A stretch of DNA of 64,000 nucleotides, from assembly GCA_038999725.1 (NCBI GenBank), contig JAWBWS010000003.1:52565-116564 (forward strand). The letters are read 5' to 3'. The DNA is from Candidatus Aenigmatarchaeota archaeon (lineage in GTDB: Archaea > Aenigmatarchaeota > Aenigmatarchaeia > CG10238-14 > SCSR01). The position numbers were made by a program, and so were the translations under genes. Below, piece after piece: positions 1-9,215 of the stretch. Below the pieces are notes generated by a model, which was not told where the DNA came from, did no database searches, and saw only the letters and a program-made list of their open reading frames with translations. Each line of letters starts with the position of its first letter. Positions within the stretch are counted from its first letter, which is position 1.

Positions 1-314
1 AGACTTAAACGATTAGCTATAATAGTTTTTTTCTTTAAATTATAAGAAAATCTGAATGATACAGGACCAATTTTTCGTATATAATATATTGTACTGTTTT
101 TTAGAACATAATATTGATACTTAGCATTTGGTTCTTTTGGAATCTTCACCTCTCCTATTTTAAAATAATATTTATAATTTGCATAAAAATTGAAAAAATT
201 AAGTAAAAAGTTATTATATTCCTCGTTATATTTACAGATTGCAAAACCTTTGAGAGGTAGAATTTCTGTTTGAATTTCTACTATATCCGGAGAAATAACC
301 CATCTATAGTTCAT
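1..314 (-). CDS. Hypothetical protein, partial (runs off the window edge)
   Basis: ATG at 314 overlaps the upstream TGA (ATGA); the frame MNYRWVISPDIVEIQTE... stays open to position 1. Confidence 0.7.
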   Translation of the reverse strand, partial: MNYRWVISPDIVEIQTEILPLKGFAICKYNEEYNNFLLNFFNFYANYKYYFKIGEVKIPKEPNAKYQYYVLKNSTIYYIRKIGPVSFRFSYNLKKKTIIANRLS

Positions 315-1171
315 CCCCTCACCTTACTCACCAAATATCCCAATCCTGCTGAAAAATATCCTGTATAGTAACCAATTGCTTTTATTAGTAGTAAAAGGTG
401 AGATTGTAAACCTAATTTCCAATCCTTTAAAGCTCCCTTCCTTAGTCTGACCTTTTTCTTTAATAAGTCTTTATAGTACCCACTTTTAATAAGATCATAA
501 GTTGATCTTCCATATCTATAATTCTTTTTAACTAAACTCCATAAACTGTTTGGCTCAATATGCCAACAAGCATCTGGAAGGATGCCAACCTTTTGAGAAA
601 TCTTATACGCTTCATAATATATTATCGCATGATCATGAGCAATTACACTAGGAAATAACTTTCTTGGGATTTTTTTAAATGCATTTTCTAAAATTTCTCT
701 TTTGTAAAATCTAGCTAGTAGAACACCTTCTAATGGGTCTATATGAATTTTTGAAAGTTTATGAGTAAGTCGTCTATCAGCATCAAAAAGCTTTTGAATC
801 AATGAATTAGGTTCGTAAGTAAATTCCTCAAGAACAAGCATATCATAGTTTTTCATTAATTCCAAAGCTCTTTTAATTACACTTTCATTTTTTAGAATCT
901 GATCAGAATCCATCATTAGGATAAAACTTCCTTTAGATTTTTCAAAGCCTAAATATCTTGCTCCAAGAAGTTTCCAATTGGTCTGAATAATATCTACTCC
1001 AAATTCTTTAGAAATTTTAACTGTTCTATCAGAACTAGAAGAGTCGACAACAATAACCTCAATATTATTATAACTCTGATTTTTAATGCTCTCTAAGCAC
1101 TTAGCCAAGGTTTTTTCTGAATTGTAAGTTGGAATTACAATTGAAACTAATGGCTTGGAAGCATTTTTCAT
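311..1171 (-). CDS. Glycosyltransferase family 2
   Basis: VSIVIPTYN...VIVVD, DSD (DxD) motif. Confidence 0.9.
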   Translation of the reverse strand: MKNASKPLVSIVIPTYNSEKTLAKCLESIKNQSYNNIEVIVVDSSSSDRTVKISKEFGVDIIQTNWKLLGARYLGFEKSKGSFILMMDSDQILKNESVIKRALELMKNYDMLVLEEFTYEPNSLIQKLFDADRRLTHKLSKIHIDPLEGVLLARFYKREILENAFKKIPRKLFPSVIAHDHAIIYYEAYKISQKVGILPDACWHIEPNSLWSLVKKNYRYGRSTYDLIKSGYYKDLLKKKVRLRKGALKDWKLGLQSHLLLLIKAIGYYTGYFSAGLGYLVSKVRG

Positions 1172-1202
1172 ATTATAAAATAGTTAAGCAAATTAATATA
1201 AA

Positions 1203-1310
1203 AGGTGTGGAAGTCTTGTGATAATTACATGGGGTTATGAAGACGAGATTAAAATTGGGAACAAGAAAATTGTTTTCAAGCCATTATGGAAATGGTTTTT
1301 GAATATTTAG
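1203..1310 (+). pseudogene. C-terminal relic of a COG1373/DUF4143-type AAA+ ATPase
   Basis: Translates RCGSLVIITWGYEDEIKIGNKKIVFKPLWKWFLNI*; no 5' portion; near-identical in motif to the 62835-62945 relic. Confidence 0.65.
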
Positions 1311-1334
1311 ATAATTTAAGATTGTTGTTATTTT

Positions 1335-2420
1335 TCACTTCTTTTTTATAACCATTTTTATAATCTTCTCGAACTCTTTAGCACTTCTATCCCAATCAAA
1401 CTTCCTAGCCCATTCCAAAGCATTCTTACTCAATTTACTCCTTAGCTTCTCATCCTCTAAAACTTTTATTATGGTTTGAGCCAAAGCCTTGGGATTGTTT
1501 TCAACCAACATTCCATTGTAATTATCTTTCAAAGAGTCCCTTAACCCCGGAACATCGTAAGCTATGGCTGGTGTCGCTAATGCATTAGCATCTGTAACAA
1601 CTTGCCCCCAACCTTCCCTTACTCCAGGCACGACAATAACCCAAGCCTTTTTCATCAACTCAATTTTCTTTTTTTCATCTAAATATCCAAAAAACCTAAC
1701 TTCCCCCGTTGATATTTTTTCCAATTTTCTTCTCAAATAGCCATCGCCGACCATCCATAATCTAACATCGCTCATCCTTCTCCTCACAATCTTAAAAGCT
1801 TCCAAGACATCTTGAGGCTTTTTTGCCCTTTTCATCCTCCCAACAAAAATTATTGTTGGTTTCTCGGCTTTTTTTGGAGGTTTTTTAAGAGGCTTAACAT
1901 TTGCCCCATTGTGAACAATAAAGACTTTTTTAAACCCTAAGCTCAGCAAATCCATTTTTGTGCTTTCTGAAACGGTGATTGTTGGGATATCAATGTAATT
2001 CTTTAACCACTTGTTCTCGAGCCAGTAATAGCCAATCCAACTTATTGGAAAAGATGTCTCATAAAACCAAAATTCCCTTGCTAGCTGATGAATTAGACAA
2101 ATTACTTTCTCCCCCCTGACAAACTTTGGGGCAAAAAATGGTATTGTGTTGATTTCATCTATTACTACATCAAACCCCTCTTTAGAGAAATACTTTTTGT
2201 AATATTCTTTCGCCTTTAAGTAGAGGGAATACTTTCCACCCTTTCTAACAATTCTTATCCCCTCTAGGGACTCCTCTTTCTTACAGCCTGGAAATTCTGA
2301 GGTAAAGAGTGTGACTTCATTCCCTTTTGCTATCCTCTTGAAAATTTCATGTGTGTATCTCTCTGCTCCCCCAGCCTCAGGATTTTTTATGTCTCTCCAA
2401 TTGAACACCAATATCTTCAT
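1335..2420 (-). CDS. Glycosyltransferase family 4
   Basis: GGAE N-terminal motif, FVGR, EGWG...DA, GT-B layout. Confidence 0.9.
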   Translation of the reverse strand: MKILVFNWRDIKNPEAGGAERYTHEIFKRIAKGNEVTLFTSEFPGCKKEESLEGIRIVRKGGKYSLYLKAKEYYKKYFSKEGFDVVIDEINTIPFFAPKFVRGEKVICLIHQLAREFWFYETSFPISWIGYYWLENKWLKNYIDIPTITVSESTKMDLLSLGFKKVFIVHNGANVKPLKKPPKKAEKPTIIFVGRMKRAKKPQDVLEAFKIVRRRMSDVRLWMVGDGYLRRKLEKISTGEVRFFGYLDEKKKIELMKKAWVIVVPGVREGWGQVVTDANALATPAIAYDVPGLRDSLKDNYNGMLVENNPKALAQTIIKVLEDEKLRSKLSKNALEWARKFDWDRSAKEFEKIIKMVIKKK

Positions 2421-3148
2421 TTCCTCAACCCATCATAATATCTTAAAATCTTCAAACGATAGAAGATTGCAGCAGTATCCAAAACAATCCTCATCACATC
2501 CCTTACCTTAACTCTACTACCAATCCTTTGAAAGTGTAATTCAACAGGAGCTTCAACAATTCTGAATCCTCTGTGGTTAGCGTTGACGAGCAACTCCAAG
2601 TCAAAAGCATATTTCTTGCACAAAACTCTTGGGAAAACTTCTTTCAAGACCTTATATTTAAAGAGTTTTAAGCCAGCTTGTGTATCTCTTACACTCAAAT
2701 TAAACAAAAATTTTGTTATTAATTGATAACCGTAGCTTAAAATCCTTCTATGTAAAGGATAATCAATTTTTGACAAAGGATGTCTTTTCGAGCCGACAAC
2801 AACATCTGCACCATACTTCTTCATGAAATCAATAAATAAAGGGATTTGTTTAGGATGCAAATCTAAATCAGCATCAATAAAAGTAATGAGTTTTCCGGAA
2901 CAAAAATTGAACCCATATTTTAAGGCAGACCCCTTGCCTCCATTTTCTTTCCTAATAACTCTTACCCTTCTATCTCCTCTAGCAGCTTTTATTGCTTCAT
3001 CGTAAGTGTTATCAGAAGAGCCATCATCAATCACAATTATTTCATAGTCCAATCCAGAAGCATCAAGCACTTTCTCTATTTCTCTTATACTCTTGAATAT
3101 AATCCTACCTTCATTCCAAGCTGGAACTATTACAGATAGTTCTTTCAT
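2417..3148 (-). CDS. GT2, dolichyl-phosphate glycosyltransferase-like
   Basis: LSVIVPAWNE, IDDGSSD, GKG, DADL, DTQAG, FDLE; start trimmed to ATG 3148. Confidence 0.88.
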   Translation of the reverse strand: MKELSVIVPAWNEGRIIFKSIREIEKVLDASGLDYEIIVIDDGSSDNTYDEAIKAARGDRRVRVIRKENGGKGSALKYGFNFCSGKLITFIDADLDLHPKQIPLFIDFMKKYGADVVVGSKRHPLSKIDYPLHRRILSYGYQLITKFLFNLSVRDTQAGLKLFKYKVLKEVFPRVLCKKYAFDLELLVNANHRGFRIVEAPVELHFQRIGSRVKVRDVMRIVLDTAAIFYRLKILRYYDGLRK

Positions 3149-3279
3149 TTTCACTCTCTCCTTAAATTTAAGTAAGAAAAACAATAAAAAATAATTTCCA
3201 TCCTTGCTACTCTTGCAGCAAGACAAGCGACTTTTGTATTGAAAGAAAATAAAGCTTTTGTCAAGAGGCTTCAAACAAG

Positions 3280-4644
3280 TTATGCCAGAAACTGCTCCTC
3301 ATATTTCTTCAAATACTCCACACTTTTCTTCACATCAACAAAAAGCTTCTCCACATAAACAACATGCTCTTTCTCTATTCTTTCAGCTTTTTTCTCTTTC
3401 GCAACTTCAAAGGCAGGAGCCAACAATTGAATTGCATACCTCAAGCTAGTTTTACTACCAATTTCAGTTAGATAATCCAAAGCTTCCTCACTAATCTTAA
3501 TCTTCTCAGATTTTGCTCTTATCTCCAGAATCTTCCTAATTTCCTCTTTCTCGTAGGGCTTTGTGTTTATTATCAGCAACCTGTCAAGCAAATCCAAAGG
3601 CATGCCATGAGCAGCTTTAATGTCAGTTCCCCTTATTGTTGCAAACCCCCTGTTTGTTGCAAAAATTATTATCGGAGCCAATTCCTGCTCCAAAGCCCTA
3701 TTCAAGAAAGCAAAAGTTTCTATGTCGAGCATGCTACATTCGTCAATGAAAACAACCCCTGGTATAAGCTCACATTTACCTTCCTGGACCAAAGTTTTTA
3801 TGTATTCATCAACCTCCTTCCTAACTTCAGGCTCAATTTCTTTTGACTCCTTTCCCCCAAAGAACAAGCTGAAGATATCGCTTCCAGCTCGTGAGCTGGC
3901 CACATCCAAAGCATGCAGAGTCACAGGATAAACAAACTCTTTCTCTTTCAACACTTTCCCCTTTGGCACAGGCACGGGCTTAACTGTTGTTAGATCAACT
4001 TTCTTCTCCTTAGCAGCTTCTTCACTTATACCAACCTTAACTATTCTGCCACCATCCACATCTATGTTCACAACATCCCCTGTTTCTACACCTTGTTGAA
4101 TCAATTGAATTGCAAAATTTTGGTCCATGGTTAATTTCTTGCTTTCATCTTTGGTTGCAATTTTTATTGTTGCCCCAACTGGGATTTGCTGATAAGGATT
4201 GTAGGGATGTTGAGCTTTTTCTATCGAAATTTCTTTAACTTCGCCCTCATATATCTTCCTCATCTCATGAATTCTTGCAGCTATGGCCTTTCTCAATGTT
4301 TGTGTGAGAAATTCGGTTTTCTTGATATCTGTGGAAAAAATTTCACTTGCCGCCAAGTGAACAAATGGAACATCTCTCCCCAATTCCCTTGCTATACCGC
4401 TTCCAAGAGCAGTCTTTCCTGTTCCAGGTGGTCCGGCCAACAAAATTGCTCTTCCAGCAAACTTACCTTCTTTTATCAGCCTAACAATCAAGCCAGCAGC
4501 CTCTCTTGCTTCTATTTGGCCAACCATTCCATCTGCTACTGGCTTTGCCTTCAAACCATCAAGACCCAAGCCTTGGATATGTGAATGAGCAGCAACCCTT
4601 TCCCACTCGCGCAGAGATTCGGGGATTTCCCTAATCTCTGCCAT
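3280..4644 (-). CDS. tip49: TIP49/RuvB-like AAA+ ATPase
   Basis: AAHSHIQGLGL, GPPGTGKT, FIDE, ATNRG, HGMPLDLLDRL, SLRYAIQLL. Confidence 0.95.
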   Translation of the reverse strand: MAEIREIPESLREWERVAAHSHIQGLGLDGLKAKPVADGMVGQIEAREAAGLIVRLIKEGKFAGRAILLAGPPGTGKTALGSGIARELGRDVPFVHLAASEIFSTDIKKTEFLTQTLRKAIAARIHEMRKIYEGEVKEISIEKAQHPYNPYQQIPVGATIKIATKDESKKLTMDQNFAIQLIQQGVETGDVVNIDVDGGRIVKVGISEEAAKEKKVDLTTVKPVPVPKGKVLKEKEFVYPVTLHALDVASSRAGSDIFSLFFGGKESKEIEPEVRKEVDEYIKTLVQEGKCELIPGVVFIDECSMLDIETFAFLNRALEQELAPIIIFATNRGFATIRGTDIKAAHGMPLDLLDRLLIINTKPYEKEEIRKILEIRAKSEKIKISEEALDYLTEIGSKTSLRYAIQLLAPAFEVAKEKKAERIEKEHVVYVEKLFVDVKKSVEYLKKYEEQFLA

Positions 4645-4648
4645 AACC

Positions 4649-5263
4649 TCACCTTTCAATCTCTATTTTTAGCACACCATCTTTAAATTTTTTACTTATG
4701 CTTACATTCTTTGGAATCGGAATCAGTTTGAAATAAGCCTTATCGCCAGCAAAAGCCTTCACTTCTATACTCTGCTCCAATCTCTTAACCTCTATATCTT
4801 CCTCACTTTTAACATCAGGCAGTTTTATAAGTATTATCTGTTTGTTTCCTATGGTTTGAACTTCTGACTCAGGCTCTTCTGTAACTTTTGGCACTTTAAC
4901 TTCCTTCTCCTCTTCTTCAACCTCTTCTACAGCAGGCCTAACGCCAAGCCTTCTTTTTAGTTCTGGTTCAAGTTTTTTGTATTCACCAGAAGTCTTTATT
5001 TCAATTTTTGGTTTCATTCCTCTACCACTGTGAACGGTTATGCTAATGCCCCCGCCCCTAATCCCAGGCTTTATCTTGAAGCTTGGTATCTTGAAAAAAT
5101 CAAACCCGAACATCTTGTCTATCTCTTTAAGCTCTTTATCTATATCATCAAAAATGCTCTCAAAAGGAGCCTCTTCTTCAATCTCCCACCCACAATAAGG
5201 GCAAAAATTCCAATCTTCTTTTATTTTTTTACCACACTTGGGACAAACCTTTTTTTCAAACAT
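4649..5263 (-). CDS. Zinc-ribbon plus C-terminal Hsp20/CS-like domain protein
   Basis: CPKC...CPYC at the N-terminus; IKLPDVKSEEDIEV...KFKDGVLKIEI beta-sandwich at the C-terminus. Confidence 0.75.
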   Translation of the reverse strand: MFEKKVCPKCGKKIKEDWNFCPYCGWEIEEEAPFESIFDDIDKELKEIDKMFGFDFFKIPSFKIKPGIRGGGISITVHSGRGMKPKIEIKTSGEYKKLEPELKRRLGVRPAVEEVEEEEKEVKVPKVTEEPESEVQTIGNKQIILIKLPDVKSEEDIEVKRLEQSIEVKAFAGDKAYFKLIPIPKNVSISKKFKDGVLKIEIER

Positions 5264-5383
5264 AGACAACCATCCAATTGTGTTTAAACTTGAAATATTT
5301 TTGTTTACAAGATATAAATTTCTTTTACATTCAAAACAATTTTCATTTAAATACTTGAAAATAAAAATTTAATTGTGGAAAAA

Positions 5384-5539
5384 ATGGGTAAGAAACCTTT
5401 TGGTGGATATTCGATTTGCTTTAAAGGAAGGAAGGAAACCCTTGAACAAGTATTTGGTACAGCTCCTCTGACCCCAAGTGCGATGACGAAAAAGCTTTGG
5501 GCTTTTGTGAAAGCTAAAAAACTGGCAAAGAAAGAATAG
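5384..5539 (+). CDS. Small basic SWIB/MDM2-like protein (51 aa; not in the ORF track)
   Basis: MGKKPFGGYSICFKGRKETLEQVFGTAPLTPSAMTKKLWAFVKAKKLAKKE; TATA-like TTTAAATA upstream. Confidence 0.7.
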   Translation: MGKKPFGGYSICFKGRKETLEQVFGTAPLTPSAMTKKLWAFVKAKKLAKKE

Positions 5540-5587
5540 AGTCGAAGAGAAGTTAAAAATTCTTTTGTTTGTGCTTAGCCAAAATTA

Positions 5588-5920
5588 TCAAAACCTCTTC
5601 ATCTTTCTTGAAATTTCAATTCCTTTCTTCTTCTCTTTCTTCAAGCTTTTCCCAATTTTTTTACCAAGCCTCTCAAACAAAAGCTTGAGAGCAGAAGGAA
5701 TGTCCCAACCATAAGCTTTGGCCACAAAAATTTTGTCGGAAGCTTTAACCTTAGCGTGAAAGGAATACTTCTTCCTTCCAGCAGGGCTATGTACATCAAC
5801 ATCAAGCTTTAAGCTTGTTATCTTCCAAATTTTTTCAAATTTTTTCAAGAATTTGCTAACTTCTTCTTCTATTTCAAATTTCTCTGGAATTGGTGCATGA
5901 GAAATCTCAACTTGAACCAT
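5588..5920 (-). CDS. Stand-alone HPF/RaiA-like ribosome hibernation domain protein
   Basis: beta-alpha-beta-beta-beta-alpha pattern; RKKYSFHAKV...FVAKAYGWDIPSALK. Confidence 0.6.
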   Translation of the reverse strand: MVQVEISHAPIPEKFEIEEEVSKFLKKFEKIWKITSLKLDVDVHSPAGRKKYSFHAKVKASDKIFVAKAYGWDIPSALKLLFERLGKKIGKSLKKEKKKGIEISRKMKRF

Positions 5921-5950
5921 AATTTTATTTTTTGTTTTTATTCTAAAAAA

Positions 5951-6700
5951 TCACTCTTCCTCAACTCTTGGTGCAAGCACAAAATTCAAGGTGAGCTTAT
6001 CCTTAACTTCAAAACTCATTTTAAGAGGATAGTCTTGAGACCATTCCAACACGACAAAATCGCTAAGCTTTGTGGCTTTCACCATTTTCTTCAAGTACTC
6101 TAAAGGATACCTTGCCTTCACGCTTCCTGTAGCTTTTAGTTCCACCAAAGCTTTGTTTCCTTTTTCAAGCTCAAGCTGGTTGGAACTTATATCACCCTCA
6201 GCCCTCATCAAAAACTTGGAGGAAGAGGCTTCAAAAACTATGGTGTCTGCAGTAACTTCGGCATCAGCAATTCCAGTTTCAAGAACGTCTGAACTTAGTT
6301 GTGCTTTTGTCGTGAATTCAAGCTGATCTATTCTTGGGATTTCCTCTTGGCTTAGCTCCAGCAAGGGCAACACAAACCTCCTCTTGCTAGAATTCTCGAA
6401 AATGATTTCGAGTTTTGAATCTTGTAAGTTAAAGATTACCTTATCGTCTCCTCTTGCCCTCTTCAAGACTGAAAGGAAATTTGAAATATCCAAACCAATT
6501 GACTGCTCTTTATCAATCTCATATTCCTCAAAAGCAAGGGAAGAAATTTTGAAATCAACAGCGGCAACCATTGCTCTATCAGAAGCTATCAAACTTATAC
6601 CATCTTTCGCTAGCTTGAAGACACCCTCATCTATAAGTTCAGCTATTGTAGAAATGGAGTTCACAAGCAAGCCCACATCTTTAAGAGTTGCTTTAAACAT
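5951..6700 (-). CDS. pcn: PCNA sliding clamp
   Basis: MFKATL..., DRAMV, YPLEYL, DYPL, LAPRVEE. Confidence 0.97.
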   Translation of the reverse strand: MFKATLKDVGLLVNSISTIAELIDEGVFKLAKDGISLIASDRAMVAAVDFKISSLAFEEYEIDKEQSIGLDISNFLSVLKRARGDDKVIFNLQDSKLEIIFENSSKRRFVLPLLELSQEEIPRIDQLEFTTKAQLSSDVLETGIADAEVTADTIVFEASSSKFLMRAEGDISSNQLELEKGNKALVELKATGSVKARYPLEYLKKMVKATKLSDFVVLEWSQDYPLKMSFEVKDKLTLNFVLAPRVEEE

Positions 6701-6989
6701 ACAATCCCTCTTTCTTATATAATTCTTCTGCTTTCTTAAATAAATTTAAATCAAATCCTTTTAAATCTTGTACCACATCAGCCTTAAGCTTACCGTCAAC
6801 CAAAGAACAAAAAACTCTCACCAACTCACCTTCTTTAACCTCTTCTTCAGAAAAAATTTCTATCTTCCCGGTCTCGTCTTCAAGAATAAAAGAATTCTCC
6901 GAAACTTTTGCTATTTTGCCAATTAAAGCAACCTTTGAATCGATTCTTGAAATTGATGAGATTTTTCTCGGCAAATAATGTTCTACCAC
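6693..6989 (-). CDS. Small OB-fold protein (RPA14/RPA3-like)
   Basis: VALIGKI...FILEDETGKI...VRVF OB-fold pattern; next to PCNA. Confidence 0.65.
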   Translation of the reverse strand: MVEHYLPRKISSISRIDSKVALIGKIAKVSENSFILEDETGKIEIFSEEEVKEGELVRVFCSLVDGKLKADVVQDLKGFDLNLFKKAEELYKKEGLYV

Positions 6990-7043
6990 AAAGTTAAATT
7001 TAAGAGTTGGAAAATAAAAGCATTTTCTCTTTATTCAAAAATT

Positions 7044-7364
7044 TTAGCCATAAGAACGCCAACTGTATCCACACTTCTTACATTTATAGAATATTGTGGG
7101 AGGTTCATCTGCTGCCCTTGTTTGTTGCATCCACCAATAAGCTTCCATATTCTCACACTTAGGGCACATTATTCTTGTTGTTGGAAACTCGGCAATGCCT
7201 TCATCTTTTCCCATCACTATCACTTCCTTCTTCCTCCCCTCCACCTTCCCTCCAATTTCAATCTTTTCCCTGGACTTGACAGTAAACCCGCACTTCCTGC
7301 AAACCAAGTAACCTTTTCTCTTTTTATCAGCAATCATCAAATTTCCACATTTTGGACAAAACAC
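7044..7364 (-). CDS. tfs: Transcription factor S (RpoM/TFIIS-like)
   Basis: Two Zn ribbons; QTRAADEP acidic hairpin. Confidence 0.95.
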   Translation of the reverse strand: MFCPKCGNLMIADKKRKGYLVCRKCGFTVKSREKIEIGGKVEGRKKEVIVMGKDEGIAEFPTTRIMCPKCENMEAYWWMQQTRAADEPPTIFYKCKKCGYSWRSYG

Positions 7365-8021
7365 TCAAATTCCTCCAAAGATCCAATGAAATATAACTTT
7401 AAAATATCCTAATTTTGGTATAATAAATATTACCCTTCCTTTTATTTGTTCCCTTTTCACAGAATATTCAAATGGAAGCAAACCAGAATTGTGATCTCCT
7501 TTTGTCATGTAGCTTCCATCAGGATTAACTTTAATTATTCTGTGGATCACCGGAATTTTTTGACCAGGGACTTCATAAACTATCACATCCCCCACTTTAT
7601 ACTCATCACTTCCTTGAACTATAGGCAGATCACCTACCTCAAACCCATTTTTTATAGGCCAAGAATCTATATAGCTTCTGTTATAGCCCAAATTTTCTTC
7701 CAACCATCTGTAATGAGTTATTTCTATGGTTTCATCATGAAGCATGGAAGATGTTAAAACAGAAACTGCTGGATAGTCTGTAGCAAGAACCAAACCAAGA
7801 AAGCCTTTAAAAATTAAAGCTGCAATGGCTCCACCTAAAATGTAAGGTAAGTAAGATTCTTGCTTGAAATAATACAGAAGAAGCACGCCAAAAATCACTA
7901 GCAGATAGGTTGTTATGTTTGTGATTGAAAATAGGTAAAGCAAAACAACTGATAAAAAAATGTAAAGGAAGATTCCATACTTCTTTTCAATTTTTTTCCA
8001 CTTTCTCTTAAGCTCTTCCAT
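7365..8021 (-). CDS. sec11: Signal peptidase I (Sec11 type)
   Basis: TM helices, SSM, GDVIVY, VIHRI, TKGDHN. Confidence 0.88.
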   Translation of the reverse strand: MEELKRKWKKIEKKYGIFLYIFLSVVLLYLFSITNITTYLLVIFGVLLLYYFKQESYLPYILGGAIAALIFKGFLGLVLATDYPAVSVLTSSMLHDETIEITHYRWLEENLGYNRSYIDSWPIKNGFEVGDLPIVQGSDEYKVGDVIVYEVPGQKIPVIHRIIKVNPDGSYMTKGDHNSGLLPFEYSVKREQIKGRVIFIIPKLGYFKVIFHWIFGGI

Positions 8022-8589
8022 AACTTTCCCCTCTTGCAATTCCAGTGGCTATTATATGGGCTATCCTCAGAGGCTCTGGTATGTAACTTCTCGTGCAGCT
8101 CAACTTTATCACTTCTCTAGCTGTTGAATCATCAATCCCTATATTTTGGTAATAAACCTTTTTAAAGTCTTTGATGCAGCATTCTTTTATTTTGCCAGCA
8201 TTTTCCACAGCCTTCCACCTTTCTTCAAAATCTTCAAACTTCTTCAAGGCTCTCTTCACTCTTACCAAATCTGGCATCTTTCTGTTTATCACTATTACTG
8301 GGATCTTCGTCTCTTCAAAAATTCTCTTGATGTCAACCATGTTGAAACCTGCCAAAGTAATTCCATCGAACATCATAACTTTAAGTTGCTGTTTGTGCCT
8401 GCTAGAATTCACAAGCTTTATTATTTTTTCGGTTGCATCATTACCATCGACCAAAACTTCAATTTTGAGCACACCATCTAAAAATTTACCACCCCTGAAA
8501 ACCACCCCTACAACAGGAACCAACTCTCTGCTTCTTGGTGTGAAGGCGCTATCATCAAAACCAAGAATTCTTATCTCAGGTTTTAGCAT
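8008..8589 (-). CDS. DUF99 / endonuclease dU (EndoV-like) protein
   Basis: ILGFDD, VDGNDAT, DGITLAGFN, IPEPLRIAH. Confidence 0.88.
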   Translation of the reverse strand: MLKPEIRILGFDDSAFTPRSRELVPVVGVVFRGGKFLDGVLKIEVLVDGNDATEKIIKLVNSSRHKQQLKVMMFDGITLAGFNMVDIKRIFEETKIPVIVINRKMPDLVRVKRALKKFEDFEERWKAVENAGKIKECCIKDFKKVYYQNIGIDDSTAREVIKLSCTRSYIPEPLRIAHIIATGIARGESYGRA

Positions 8590-8751
8590 GTTTTCTAAGT
8601 AAGAGAATAGGATTTTGTAGATATTAAAGTTTTTTACAAAAGATTTCTTTGTAAGTTTATTTAATCTCACATAAGCTTTAAGATTTCAAGAAGCCCCTTC
8701 CATTAATTCAAAATTTATTAAATTTAAAAACAAAATTATGAAGTGATTTGA

Positions 8752-8922
8752 ATGGTGAAAAAAATTTTCCCAGAAGCAATGGCAAGGCTTTATTCTAGAG
8801 TTTTTGTTTGCAGGGTTTGCAAGAGCAAGATGAGGGCAGACCCTGCCAAGGTGAGAGCCGGAAAAATTAAATGTAGGAAATGTGGTTCTAAATCTCTCAG
8901 GCCAAAGAAAAGACCCATGTGA
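8752..8922 (+). CDS. rpl40e: Ribosomal protein eL40 (not in the ORF track)
   Basis: MVKKIFPEAMARLYSRVFVCRVC...CRKCGSKSLRPKK. Confidence 0.93.
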   Translation: MVKKIFPEAMARLYSRVFVCRVCKSKMRADPAKVRAGKIKCRKCGSKSLRPKKRPM

Positions 8923-8926
8923 TGAT

Positions 8927-9166
8927 ATGGAGATAAGTTACATAACAACTCGGGATTTGCAAAATTCTGCAGGCCAAACAAAGGGTAAAGTGAGGGTAAT
9001 TGTTTTGAAAGGTGAAAGCATTGCCAACATAGAGTTAATTTGCCCGGAATGTGGTCAAGCCCAAAAGAAAAAACAAGAATTCAAAATACCTTTGGATTTG
9101 AGATGTGAAAAATGCGGCTTCAGGGTGAAGCTTCAAAGACTGAGGAAAGAAATCAAGAAGAAATAA
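8927..9166 (+). CDS. Small Zn-ribbon protein
   Basis: CPEC...CEKC; lies between L40e and primase. Confidence 0.7.
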   Translation: MEISYITTRDLQNSAGQTKGKVRVIVLKGESIANIELICPECGQAQKKKQEFKIPLDLRCEKCGFRVKLQRLRKEIKKK

Positions 9167-9215
9167 AAACTTATTTTTATATCCCAAATTATCAATTGAA
9201 GAGCATTAGCTCTTC

